A stretch of DNA of 32,407 nt from Eledone cirrhosa (Eukaryota), in assembly GCA_964016885.1 (NCBI GenBank), contig CAXHJY010000813.1:1-32407 (forward strand), in the 5' to 3' direction. The notes beneath the pieces were generated by a model. The model had not been told where the DNA came from, did not search any database, and worked only from the letters and a program-made list of their open reading frames with translations. Positions 1 through 17,138 of this stretch are shown here, in pieces. The position numbers were made by a program, and so were the translations under genes. Each line of letters begins with the position of its first letter. The first letter of the stretch is position 1.

Positions 1-74
1 ACTGTGACAGCCAGAGCTGAAGTGCCTCAGCGGGGAGCTAAGTGACACTGGGACACTCTACACCACTTAGCCTG

Positions 75-108
<34 letters not shown>

Positions 109-219
109 TATATATATATATACATATATATATATACACGTATGTATGAATATATGTGTATGTGTATATCTGCGAGCTCATACGTGTCTATGAATATACA
201 TATATATATATATATATAC

Positions 220-272
<53 letters not shown>

Positions 273-389
273 CATATATATATACATATATATACATATA
301 TATATATATTATATATATATACATATATATACATATATATATATATATATTATATATATACATATATATACATATGTATATATATATAT

Positions 390-420
<31 letters not shown>

Positions 421-505
421 AAATATATAGATATACGTGTGTGAGTGTGTATGTGTGTGTTTCTGTGTGTGTGTGAGAGTGTTTGTGTGTGTTTGTGTGT
501 GTGTG
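75..505. repeat. Compound microsatellite, (TA)n grading into (TG)n
   Basis: Directly visible dinucleotide runs with TACA/TATG interruptions. Confidence 0.95.
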
Positions 506-835
506 TTTATGTCCCTTTTTCCCTATCAAACCCTCAGCCAATCTCCCCTAGTGTCTGTTAATGAGTGATTAATTGGTCCTAGTGGGAGCTGGATTTAAGT
601 GGTGTAATACTTCCCTTTCTCTTGTAAAGCAATATCTTCTTCTTCTTCTTCTTCTTCTTCTCCCCCCCCCCCCTTCTCCATTTGGAATAGTCTTCACTCC
701 GTCTCTAGGCTAAATGTTCCCGTTATTCGATCAAGTAGCTGAGCAATTCACAGACACGTGTAACCTTCATGTAATTCCGATACACGGTCTTTAACAAGGG
801 GCGAACCATTGAATTACTGGTACAAGTCTATCGGA

Positions 836-975
836 CAGGCTTCCCAAAATTTCCCGGCTATCTAATGTCACTCACACGGAAGGGGTCAACCCAAGGCTAT
901 TGTAAATAAGACTTGCCCAAGACACCATGGTGTGGGATTGAACCAGGGACCTAAAGATTTTGTAACGAACTTGTG
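836..975 (-). mobile_element. Degenerate tRNA-derived (CORE-type) SINE 5' part
   Basis: The minus strand reads GGTTCAATCCC (B-box) then TCTTGGGCAAGTC, resembling the TTCTTGAGCAAAACAC core of the SINE at 9491. Confidence 0.6.
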
Positions 976-1261
976 TCTACTCTATAAATACAACTACTTT
1001 GTATTTCTTCTCAGTTTACACACACGCTTGCCATTTGCATATATGTATATATATATATATATGTATATATATGTGTGTGTGTGTGTATTATATATAAATA
1101 TATATATAAGATATATCTATTATATATAAATATATATAAAATATATATTATATATATATATAAAATATATATATATATATATATAAAGGACGGTGCCCCA
1201 GCATGGCCTCAGCTGGATGGCTGGAATAGGTAATATATTATATATATATATTATATATATA

Positions 1262-1331
<70 letters not shown>

Positions 1332-1332
1332 A

Positions 1333-1424
<92 letters not shown>

Positions 1425-1429
<5 letters not shown>

Positions 1430-1810
1430 ATAATATAAATTTGAAGACTAAAATCCAAAGAGGGCTCGATAAGGATAAATATATATCAAATATATAAGAA
1501 CCGTTATTAAAATAACAGATTAAAGTTTAAGCAAAGAATGGCTGGTTTCACCCTTAACGGGATCTTCTGAAACTAACAAAGTCAATCTGTAAACGCAGAA
1601 GTGGATATTTCAAAAAACGTTGCAACCGGAGGAAGACAGGAAGACGATACTCTGGTTCGTGGAAACGTCCCCTATGCAAATAAGTAATGGTATAAACTTT
1701 AATCTGTTATTTTAATAAATATTTTCTCTACGGTTCTTATATATTTGATATATATTTATCCTTATCAAGCCGTCTTTGGATTTTAGTCTTCAAATTTATT
1801 ATTATTACTA
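1425..1810. mobile_element. Family A (TA)n-flanked fold-back element with ~105 bp inverted arms (MITE-like or Penelope inverted pseudo-LTR)
   Basis: 1425-1529 is the reverse complement of 1693-1810, apart from a 12 nt insert (1719-1730) and a few mismatches. (TA)n lies on both sides. Related copies at 6121, 20481 and 23720. Confidence 0.85.
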
Positions 1811-1812
1811 TA

Positions 1813-1845
<33 letters not shown>

Positions 1846-2008
1846 ATGAAAAGCAGAAGAACTGCGAAACCGGTAAGGGAACCAAATAAATATATATATT
1901 TTTTTTAAAAATAAGACTCCAGTTGCATTTTCGATTTCATCTTTTTTTCTTTATACTTTCACTCGTGTAGGACACCTCGGTTATTTTTCATTTTGTACAA
2001 AACCTCAC

Positions 2009-2053
<45 letters not shown>

Positions 2054-2429
2054 TATGTATATATATATAGAGAGAGAGAGAGGCAGAGTGTATTGGGGAG
2101 AGCTGATATGAACACAAAATGAGTGAGGAAAATCAGTTTTAAAATGAAAGTAGATAGCTGTGAAATTTAATAAGATCGATAACTGTAAATCTATACAGTT
2201 AAGGCTGTTACTACATTTCGATATTTCTGTATTTCTATCTATAGTGTATTGTAGTGATTGATTACAATAGGGGGCAATTCATTTACAATGTGGAAATGTG
2301 TAATTTCTCTCTATCCCTCTATTTTATATATATATATATATATACAGTATCTCTCTCTCTCTGTATGTATGTATGTATGTATGTATGTATGTATGTATGT
2401 ATGTATGTATGTATGTATGTATGTATGTA

Positions 2430-2471
<42 letters not shown>

Positions 2472-2577
2472 TGTGTGTGTGTGGCACTGAATATGACCAA
2501 GTTGGACATTTGAATTACATGTACAATCTATTGAGGGGAAATAAAGTATCACAAAATGTTTCATCATATGTTGTAGC

Positions 2578-2925
2578 TTAGCCCTAAGTGAACCCTGATT
2601 GAGAAGGCATTTGAGAATATTTAAGCCGTAGATAAACTCTGATTAAGCTGGCCTTTGGTGATAGCTTTGCCCTAAGTCAACCTTGATTGAGCAGGCCTTT
2701 GAGGATATTTAAGCCTTAGATCAACCCTGATTAAGCAGACCTTTGGTGATATTTTAGGCCAAGGTCAACCTTGATTAAGCTGGCCTTTGGTAATAGCTCA
2801 GCCCCAAGTCAACCCTGGTTGTGCAGGCCTTTGAAGTTATTTAAGCCATAGGTCAACCTTGACTAAGCAGGCCTTTGGTGATACTTTAGTCCTAGGTTAA
2901 CCTTGATTAAGCACGCATTTGAAGA
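2578..2925. repeat. Tandem array of ~8 diverged ~44 bp units
   Basis: A unit like TTAGCCCTAAGTCAACCCTGATTAAGCAGGCCTTTGGTGATAT recurs about every 44 bp. Confidence 0.9.
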
Positions 2926-3054
2926 CAGACCTTCCAGTCATGCCCATTTTACCATTATTGCTTACCAGACAATATATATGGCATTTAAGACTAAATCGTC
3001 AGACATGAGAGTGATTTGAAGGAAATTTAATTTTGATTCTTATTTTAACGGATC

Positions 3055-3440
3055 TACTCTTTTGATACACCCTCCCTAAAACCTCCCCTGGTTCTACAAT
3101 ACAAAACCATTTATTCTCAATTATTTCTATTTATCTAAAAATGTTTCATTATAATTTTATGTTTTGATATTAGCGAAATAATGAGAAAGGTAGTTATACT
3201 GTATTACAAAAAGCTTCGGAATAATTGATTATTTTCAAAATTATTTGATATCATAAGACAGTGATTCTCAGTAGAATATGTATTTTCTAAGCATGTGTCT
3301 GTAACGCAAGTTTAAGTCTTAGTGTTGCCGTAGTGAACTCGAAGTATAGACTGCAAGAACGAATACTACAAAACAATCTCTCTGACATACTAATGACTCT
3401 GATAATTCGCTGCTTGGAAATATGTTAAGGAAAGGGTTAA
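3055..3440. mobile_element. Possible piggyBac-type (TTAA) MITE
   Basis: Ends in AAAGGGTTAA (3431-3440). The left end (TACTCTTTTGATAC) is only a decayed match to TTAACCCTTT. Confidence 0.4.
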
Positions 3441-3970
3441 CTTTTTAGTAATTAAAGCGGCCATATCCGGCCAGAATTCTCTCACTTCTTTTTATTCAAA
3501 CCGGCCATAACCAGCTGTCCATACTTATATTAAGATATTATTCTCAAAATAAATAATATCAAAATCTCGTAGATTCGATATTATATGAGATAAGTATGTA
3601 AGATAAAGCCTTTACCACAAAAATACAATAGTAAATATAGAATAATTGTTTCTACTTTTGGCACAAGGCCAGCAATTATCCCAGTGTATTAATGGAGGTT
3701 AACTTTGCCTTTCATCCTTCCGGGATCGATAGAATAAAGTACCAGTAATGCATTGGTTAATTGCTGGCCTTGTGCCAAAAGTAGAAACAATTAATGACAC
3801 TTTATTTTATCGACCCCGTAAGGATGAAAGGCAAAGTTAACCTCGGCGGGATTTGAACTCAGACCATAAAGGGCCGTAACTCTTTGCTGCAAAGCATGGC
3901 GTCCGACCTTCTACCGATACTGCCAATACACCGCAGTAAATATCGAATAATGTCAATTTTAAAGGGTTAA
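3437..3970. mobile_element. piggyBac-type (TTAA) MITE interrupted by SINE insertions
   Basis: Imperfect TIRs TTAACTTTTTA ... TAAAGGGTTAA with TTAA at both ends. Contains the SINE at 3647-3934. Confidence 0.55.
3647..3934 (-). mobile_element. tRNA-headed SINE (family S2) with 17 bp TSD and an internal inverted S2 fragment (3696-3795, +)
   Basis: Minus-strand A-box TGGCAGTATCGG and B-box GAGTTCAAATCCC. TSD AGTAAATAT(A/C)GAATAAT at 3630-3646 and 3935-3951. Confidence 0.85.
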
Positions 3971-4260
3971 AGCAACAGAAAACTTCCCTACTAGATCAGT
4001 TTCTTCACCAGTTTAGGCAGTAGCTAGTAAAAGTTTAGTTTTTCTCTTACTGCAGTTTACAAATACTGCATTAAGAGTGGAACTTAGCCAAAATAAGTTG
4101 CATGAAGGTTCATGGATATAATCTTTAAATCAATAGGTCTGATTGCATTATTATTGGGTAAGACTGGCTATTTCATGAAAGGCCAAACAAAGAAATGTTT
4201 TGATCATTGAAAGAGGAAAGAGAAAGTTAGAGAGTCTATAGGAGACAGGAAGAGACAGAG

Positions 4261-5330
<1,070 letters not shown>

Positions 5331-5357
5331 ATTTATAAAGAACCACAGACAAATAAC

Positions 5358-5539
5358 TGTTTCTACTTTAGGCACAAGGCCAGCAATTACCCAGTGCATT
5401 ACTGGTACTTTATTTTATTGACCTCGTAAGGATGAAAGGCAAAGTCAACCTCGGCGGGATTTGAACTCAAATCGTAAAGGGACGTAACTATGCTGGAAAG
5501 CATGGTGTCTGACCCTCTACCAATACTGCCAATCCACCG
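5358..5539 (-). mobile_element. Full-length family S2 SINE with 11 bp TSD
   Basis: A-box TGGCAGTATTGG and B-box GAGTTCAAATCCC on the minus strand. TSD AGACAAATAAC at 5347-5357 and 5540-5550. Confidence 0.9.
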
Positions 5540-6088
5540 AGACAAATAACATGCCCAATACATAAAGTAGAGAAGCTACAAGTTTAGTTCCTTAAAAAAT
5601 AACTTCTACAAGATTAGTTCTGTTTCATTCAATGAAAATCACCTAAAATGTCCTGATGGTTTCAAAGTTATGAATTTTGAAACATTTCTATCTGAAAAAC
5701 ATGACAACAAAACTATAATGATCAACAGACGACAGCCATTGAGCGCGAATTATCTCCTACGAGTTCTCACCCACGTTTCTTTTTAAATTAAAGATGAAAA
5801 AAATCTTACCTCAACACTTAATTTTAAATCTTTAATCTTTCGTTTTTAATTCTTATTAATTCTTTTAAATTGTAATACTTAACATTTGATGAGATGAATT
5901 TTACTAATACATTGAAACGGGTAATAATTTATATACTTTATATACGTTATATACTTTATATACATTTTATACTTTATAAAACTCTTGTTTAAAAGAATTG
6001 TCCCTCTCATTTTTTCAATAATGTCACTTTAACGAATCAATGAAAGGAGAAAAAAGAAAAAAATAGATTTTCAGTGGTATTTCCAATT

Positions 6089-6120
<32 letters not shown>

Positions 6121-6124
<4 letters not shown>

Positions 6125-6238
6125 AAAATAACAGATTAAAGTTTAAGCAAATAATCGCTGCTTTCACCCTTAACGGGATCTTCTGCAACTATCGAGGCCT
6201 CTTCGGATTTTAGTCTTCACATTTATTATTATTACTAT
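6121..6238. mobile_element. Family A internally deleted copy in (TA)n
   Basis: TATTAAAATAACAGATTAAAGTTTAAGC...CCCTTAACGGGATCTTCTG joined to GGATTTTAGTCTTCA...ATTACTA, both matching 1425-1810. Confidence 0.8.
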
Positions 6239-6484
6239 ATATATATATATATATATTTCTTATTGGCAACATGACCCTCCCAAAGTATAACAATATATAT
6301 ATATATATATATAGTAATAATAATAAATGTGAAATTTTACCTTTCTCTTGACGAAAACACAGCGACCGTACCTGCTATTAACTAAATGTGTGTACTCTGA
6401 ATGGCTGATTGCAATTGCATTACTGCAATTCGGCAGATTCCTTGAGTGAGCTAGACACTGGCCGAAAATACCAGCGGTCTTCGT

Positions 6485-6543
<59 letters not shown>

Positions 6544-6695
6544 GAGTTTTGGAGCTTGCTTGAAGCATTGTTTAATAGGAGATAAATTTAAGAATCTCAC
6601 CTTAGCAAATTTAGCTAAGGTAAGATTCTTTTGTTATCTTAGCAATTTAACAATCTTCATAACGCATTGTTTGGTCTTCAAAATTTAAATTTGTG

Positions 6696-6759
<64 letters not shown>

Positions 6760-6807
6760 ATATACATATATATATATACATATACATATATATATACATA
6801 TATATAA

Positions 6808-6838
<31 letters not shown>

Positions 6839-6839
6839 A

Positions 6840-6870
<31 letters not shown>

Positions 6871-6965
6871 AATATACATATATATATATATATATAAATA
6901 TACATATATATATATATATATAAATATACATATATATATAAATATACATATATATATAAATATAC

Positions 6966-7000
<35 letters not shown>

Positions 7001-7156
7001 TATAAATATATATATGTATATGTGTGTGTGTGTGTGTGTTGTGTATATATTTATCAATATATATAAATACTCATTACATCAAATACGAGCCCCTCTCGTG
7101 TTTCCATGAGTCACGTACTCGAGGAAAGCATACAGATCGGATTTATTAGAATATAA

Positions 7157-7239
<83 letters not shown>

Positions 7240-7241
<2 letters not shown>

Positions 7242-7349
7242 CGAAGGAAATGTGGTAAGGAACCAGATGGACCATAACGCACCAAAGTACTCAATACTTA
7301 GGGTAGTAGAGTGGGTAATAGGAGCGAGTAGGGGTCGGGGTCCTACTCG

Positions 7350-7352
<3 letters not shown>
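7240..7352. mobile_element. Family B (TA)n-flanked element ending in a hairpin
   Basis: AACGAAGGAAATGTGGTAAGGAACC...GGGTAATAGG is near-identical to 19281-19376 and reverse-complementary to 24761-24845. Confidence 0.8.
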
Positions 7353-7401
<49 letters not shown>

Positions 7402-7743
7402 ACTATTTATAATTATGTATATAGTATAAACAACTATAAACAGGAAGGTCAGTAATTTCTTAATTGCCTTATTACCAGTAAGAGAAATAGCTCAATGTAT
7501 GAACATCAGTTGTTTTACAGAGCAGTTATTATATATATATATATTTATATGTATATATGTACGTATATACATATATATATATATATCTGTGTGTGTGTAT
7601 GTATATATATATATATAAATATATATATATGTATATATATGTGTATATATATATATATATTATATATATATATATACATATATATACATATATATTTATT
7701 TATATATATATACATACACACATATATATATATATATAAATAC

Positions 7744-7806
<63 letters not shown>

Positions 7807-8127
7807 TTGATAAAAATGTAAATACCTATATATGAGTGTGAGTATGCCTGTGTGAGTATGCCTGTGTGAGTGTGAGTGTATTCAAACATAGATATATACA
7901 CATATTTCTCTTCCAATATCTATATATGATATTGTTGCAAAACTTATCGATACCATCTCTGTATGAAATGAGCAACTCAGTTCTATATCACTTGTTTCTA
8001 TCAATATCGATCTATTTGAATAGATCAATTATCAAATTATTATGCACCGATTAATTGACTGTCTGATCTGTTGCACGATAGTTCCAGCAACATCGATCCG
8101 TACACACATGAACTCACATAAATTCAT

Positions 8128-9480
<1,353 letters not shown>

Positions 9481-9490
9481 GTGTGTGTGT

Positions 9491-9763
9491 GGAGGCACGT
9501 GGCCTAGTGGTAAGAGTGTTAGACTTACGATCATAATGTCGTGGGCTCGATTCCTGGGTTGCGTGTTGTGTTCTTGAGCAAAACACTTCATTTCACGTTG
9601 CTCCAGTATACTCAGCTAAAAATAAGTACCAGTAATAGCTGAGGTTTAACCCTGCGATGGACTGGCGTCCTGTCCAGGGGTGTATTGTACTCTCAGTCGC
9701 TTCACGCCATGATACCGAGATAAGCATCGGCCAAATGAGCCTTCTGGCTTAAGACAGACTTTA
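9491..9763 (+). mobile_element. Near full-length tRNA-derived CORE-type SINE (family S1)
   Basis: A-box TGGCCTAGTGG, B-box-like GGGCTCGATTCC, core TGTGTTCTTGAGCAAAACACTT, and 3' segment CCTGCGATGGACTGGCGTCCTGTCCAGGGG. Confidence 0.85.
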
Positions 9764-9822
9764 GACATATATATATATACGCATAGATAAATATTTATAT
9801 ATGTTTATGTACATGTATACTT

Positions 9823-9868
<46 letters not shown>

Positions 9869-10102
9869 TAATACAAGACTAGAACTGTTTCCTTCGAAGG
9901 AAATCATCAGGAAATCTTTCCTATGTTGTTCCTGTGTACCTTAATTACTATGTTACCTGTAAACCTGGGATACACACATACACACGTATATATATATGTA
10001 TATATAAGTTTATCCCGGGTTCAATCATGGGGTAACCACAGTAAGTAAGGTACTCAAGACATTGCAGAGTATAAATGAAAGAGTTCTAGGCATGGAGAAG
10101 CC

Positions 10103-10173
<71 letters not shown>

Positions 10174-10214
10174 GAGAGTAAAACAAAGAATCCTTTAATA
10201 CATCAAAAGTTTTT

Positions 10215-10260
10215 ATTAGCCGACAATGTTTCGTCCTATTAAGGACTCATCAGGGCAATC
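10215..10260 (-). ncRNA. Minimal type I hammerhead ribozyme
   Basis: Minus strand: GATTGCC-CTGATGA-GTCCT-TAAT-AGGAC-GAAA-C-ATT-G-TC-GGCTAAT. Intact core, perfect 5 bp stem II, GUC cleavage triplet, stem I GCC/GGC. Confidence 0.75.
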
Positions 10261-10311
10261 AAAAAAACAAGAGGTAATATCGGCAGATACAGCCAGAAAC
10301 TCACTTGAGCT

Positions 10312-10360
<49 letters not shown>

Positions 10361-10596
10361 AAGCTCAAGTGTTTTTGTATGACCCATATATATAATGAAC
10401 ATATTCATTCAAGTTGTACAAATGTAAAATGTTGAATCCTATATAAAACTCCAATCAAGGTTTTAAGGAGGAATATCACATTTTTATAGATTTTACTTAG
10501 GTTTCACGTTTTCCATTTTTTTTTGTAATCCTTTTAGTAAAAATATGGAATTAAATTCAAATACAGATTGAAAACGTATGAAAAACTATTAAATGT

Positions 10597-10708
<112 letters not shown>

Positions 10709-10877
10709 GTGTAACATGGTCGCTGTACAATAGAGTTTATTTAAAGTATTAACAATGAGATAATATAATTTTATCTTATTATCTTATATCAGGACTCTAT
10801 TAACTCAAGCTTGCATTGCCCCCCCCCCCCGACTAGTTGGATTATCTTAAACGATATCTTATCTTTTATATATATAT

Positions 10878-10913
<36 letters not shown>

Positions 10914-10973
10914 CTATATATATATATATATGTATACATATATATATATATATACATATATACTATAATATAC

Positions 10974-11007
<34 letters not shown>

Positions 11008-11063
11008 GTATACATATATATATACATATGTATACATATATATATACATATATACATATATAT

Positions 11064-11096
<33 letters not shown>

Positions 11097-11111
11097 TATA
11101 TATATACATAT

Positions 11112-11156
<45 letters not shown>

Positions 11157-11167
11157 TATATACATAT

Positions 11168-11276
<109 letters not shown>

Positions 11277-11559
11277 GGTTTGTTGGTTCACCACTGGATA
11301 GAACTGGTCATTCCGTATTGTCAACCTTGATGTTATATTAGGGAGAGCACTCGACGTAATGCTCTTTGCGTTTCAGCCCCTTAGATTGTGTCTATTATTA
11401 TATTCCTTTGTTGGATAAATTTCGGAATACCTGATGATGTCACTCCCGGATTCATACTGAACCCCGTCATTGAAATATTCAGAGTATAATAAATCTTTAA
11501 GACACTACACCAGTCCAGCCTTCTGTCATTTTATAATTATATATATACATTAATATATT

Positions 11560-14264
<2,705 letters not shown>

Positions 14265-14822
14265 TGGTGGCTGCCAACTCGTTTTCGAGTACGGCCACTA
14301 CTTTATATCCATGTAGGAGAACCCCTACCAATGCGCTGAACGAGTGTGACTTTTTAGTCCAGCCAGCGACTTGAAAACTCTGGTACAAACACTACACTTG
14401 TGACAATTATTGACACACAGTGCTGGGCCCATGGTACCATGTGACGACAAGTGCAGAGAGATCTCCAGATATAAAGCAATGCCTGTGCCGTGAAGCTTTT
14501 ATAGTGAGCAAAGGCACTGCACAAAGCCAGTCCCACTCTCTTAACCAAGATGATATTTACCAAAAAGAAGAACAAGTCAACATCATTGGATACCATCAGA
14601 GTTGCAGGTGTTATATCAGAGTTTTCCTTCTCCTAGAATTCTGCCTTGACAAAGGCTAAGGGGTCATCTCTCCCGGTGATTTTGGATGGCCATTGACTCT
14701 TAAGAGCTCCTTTGCCCTTTGACAGGTTTTGTTTTTAGTCCTGCAGGATGTCCAAAGTCACCCTCCTCACCAAGAAACCTTGGTGGGGTTGCCAGTTTAG
14801 TCGCCAACGACCCGACCATGAG
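14265..14822 (-). mobile_element. Interspersed repeat, probable RTE-type LINE 5' UTR derivative
   Basis: Minus-strand motifs CATGGTCGG..TTTGGACA..GTCAAAGG.CA.AGGAG..CTAGGAGAAGGAAAACTCTGAT are collinear with 22990-23240 (+). The RTE assignment comes from recall of the GGAGAAGGAAAACTCTGAT motif. Confidence 0.55.
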
Positions 14823-14844
14823 ACATACATATATACATACATAC

Positions 14845-14896
<52 letters not shown>

Positions 14897-14900
<4 letters not shown>

Positions 14901-15011
14901 AGGCGTGTGGCTGAGTGGTTAGAGAATTGGATTCGTAAGGTCGTGAGTTCAATTCCTGGACCGGGCGATGCGTTCTGTCCTTGAGCAAGACACTTTATTT
15001 CACGTTGCTCC
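14897..15011 (+). mobile_element. 3'-truncated family S1 SINE
   Basis: A-box TGGCTGAGTGG, B-box GAGTTCAATTCC, and core TCCTTGAGCAAGACACTTTATTTCACGTTGCTCC as at 9491. Confidence 0.85.
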
Positions 15012-15261
15012 TTCTACCTGGAGTTGCGACCGATAGATAGTATTAGCAATTGGAAAGACCAACGGAAACACTGTTTCGTCGGTCGATTTGACGAAAGTCG
15101 ATCGTTTTTTTTTTTATATATACAGTGAAAGAGGGAAGAATAACATGGTCGGTTGTTCAAAAGGGTTTTTTTACAGTATTAACAATTGTTTCATTGATCA
15201 GGTGAGTCTAAAGACCGCTGATAACTCGAAGTTGCGTCACGCGACATTAAATACAGTATCG

Positions 15262-15321
<60 letters not shown>

Positions 15322-15527
15322 ATTATACATATGCAGAAATACAGTCTAAATAAACGCTATTTTATTACAGTTCACAGTTATGCACCAGTCATGCACGGTT
15401 ACACCTCGAGTCGAGAAGGTATCTCTTTTAAAATGATATTGGTCCGTGTCGTACCATCAATAGCAATATTTAATGAAGAGAGAGAGAGAGAGAGAGAGAG
15501 AATGAAGTATAACATGGTCGGCTGTAC

Positions 15528-15598
15528 GGGGTCGATAAAATAAAGTACCAGTAATGCACTGGGTAATTGCTGGCCTTGTGCCAAAAGTAGAAACAATT
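15528..15598 (+). mobile_element. Family S2 SINE 3' fragment
   Basis: GGGGTCGATAAAATAAAGTACCAGTAATGCACTGGG...GTAGAAACAATT. Confidence 0.85.
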
Positions 15599-15610
15599 AT
15601 TATATATAAA

Positions 15611-15797
15611 TATGCTGGATTGGCAGTAATCGGAGAGCGTCAGACATCATGCTATGCAGCATAGAGTTATGGCCCTTTACGTTTTTAATTCTTATCCCGC
15701 CGATGTTAACTTTGTCTTTCATCCTTACGGGTCGATAAAATAAAGTACCAGTAATTCACTGGTGTAATTGTTGACCTTGTGCTAAAAGTAGAAACAA
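15611..15797 (+). mobile_element. Full-length family S2 SINE with 13 bp TSD
   Basis: A-box TGGCAGTAATCGG and a decayed B-box. TSD TATTATATATAAA at 15598-15610 and 15798-15810. Confidence 0.85.
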
Positions 15798-15900
15798 TAT
15801 TATATATAAACTAAAGATTTTATCGATTATATGTTATTTAGAATTTCCGGGTAGGCAGGTCTGTCTCTAAATAGGGTTTGGGGGGCACCTAGGTATTACG

Positions 15901-15961
15901 TGGCCCGTGAGATGGCGCTATGGATATTACGTCGCCGTCAGGTGGCCACGAGGTGGCGCTG
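15901..15961 (+). promoter_or_regulatory. Cluster of three co-oriented CTCF-like motifs
   Basis: TGGCCACGAGGTGGCGCTG (15943-15961) matches the CTCF consensus TGGCCACCAGGGGGCGCTA at 16/19. Weaker copies at 15902-15920 and 15932-15950. Confidence 0.5.
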
Positions 15962-16255
15962 TGGCCCCAAAAGATTAAGAACCTGTTCTAACCACCTGGT
16001 CACATGCCTTAAAGTAAGATGTCATTGGTTGTAATGAACATTTCAGCAGGTAACATACATTCGGGTGGATGGAGGAACAATGGTATTTATATGAACAGAT
16101 ATTGTATAATCGGTAGAGCATCGACTTCCTTATCGTTCAAGGTTATATGGTTATCTCCCTTTATGTCAGATGTTGCTGTAACAAAATATATGGCTGGAGA
16201 TAGCGAGAGAATTTAACACATTGATGGAGAGATAGACATACAGTGTGGTAGATAC

Positions 16256-16354
<99 letters not shown>

Positions 16355-16386
16355 GGAGAGAGAGGCGGGAGAGAGAAGTATGCATA

Positions 16387-16464
<78 letters not shown>

Positions 16465-16471
16465 CAAGAGA

Positions 16472-16540
<69 letters not shown>

Positions 16541-16651
16541 TGTAGAAGGTGAGTAATATAGAACAATAAAACTATGCATATATCAGATAAGTAGCACTCA
16601 ACAGTTGGTAGAACTTGAGTAGATATAATAAAGAAGAAATTTTAATTTCTT

Positions 16652-16744
<93 letters not shown>

Positions 16745-17007
16745 GAGGGGAGAGAGAGAGAGAGAGAGAAATAAATAGGCAGATAGATGGGTAGATAGAT
16801 AGATATATAATGTTAGTGTCAATAGAAGTTAGTATCTAATGTATAATATTGGTGATAATACAGGAATTCATATGAAATAAGTGTATTGATAATGTTGGCG
16901 ACTATATACGATATTATATATAAGTATATTAATAATGGTGATTATAGGGGAATCTATATAACAGTAGGTATTAATAATGTTGGTGACTATATAAGTATGT
17001 TATATAT

Positions 17008-17112
17008 AATTGTTTCTACTTTAGGCACAAGGCCACCAATTACCCAGTGCATTACTGGTACTTTATTTTATCGACCCAGTAAGGATGAAAGGCAAAGTCA
17101 ACCTCGGCGGGA
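17008..17112 (-). mobile_element. 5'-truncated family S2 SINE
   Basis: Matches 5358-5460. Confidence 0.85.
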
Positions 17113-17138
17113 TTAGTTACTATATATATATATATATA

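Noticed and set aside
2578-2925. CRISPR-like periodicity
   Set aside because: Contiguous diverged units with no unique spacers, eukaryotic context and no cas genes.
9491-9570. tRNA gene (also 14897-14960 and the S2 heads)
   Set aside because: A/B boxes run straight into SINE bodies, with no complete cloverleaf or poly-T terminator.
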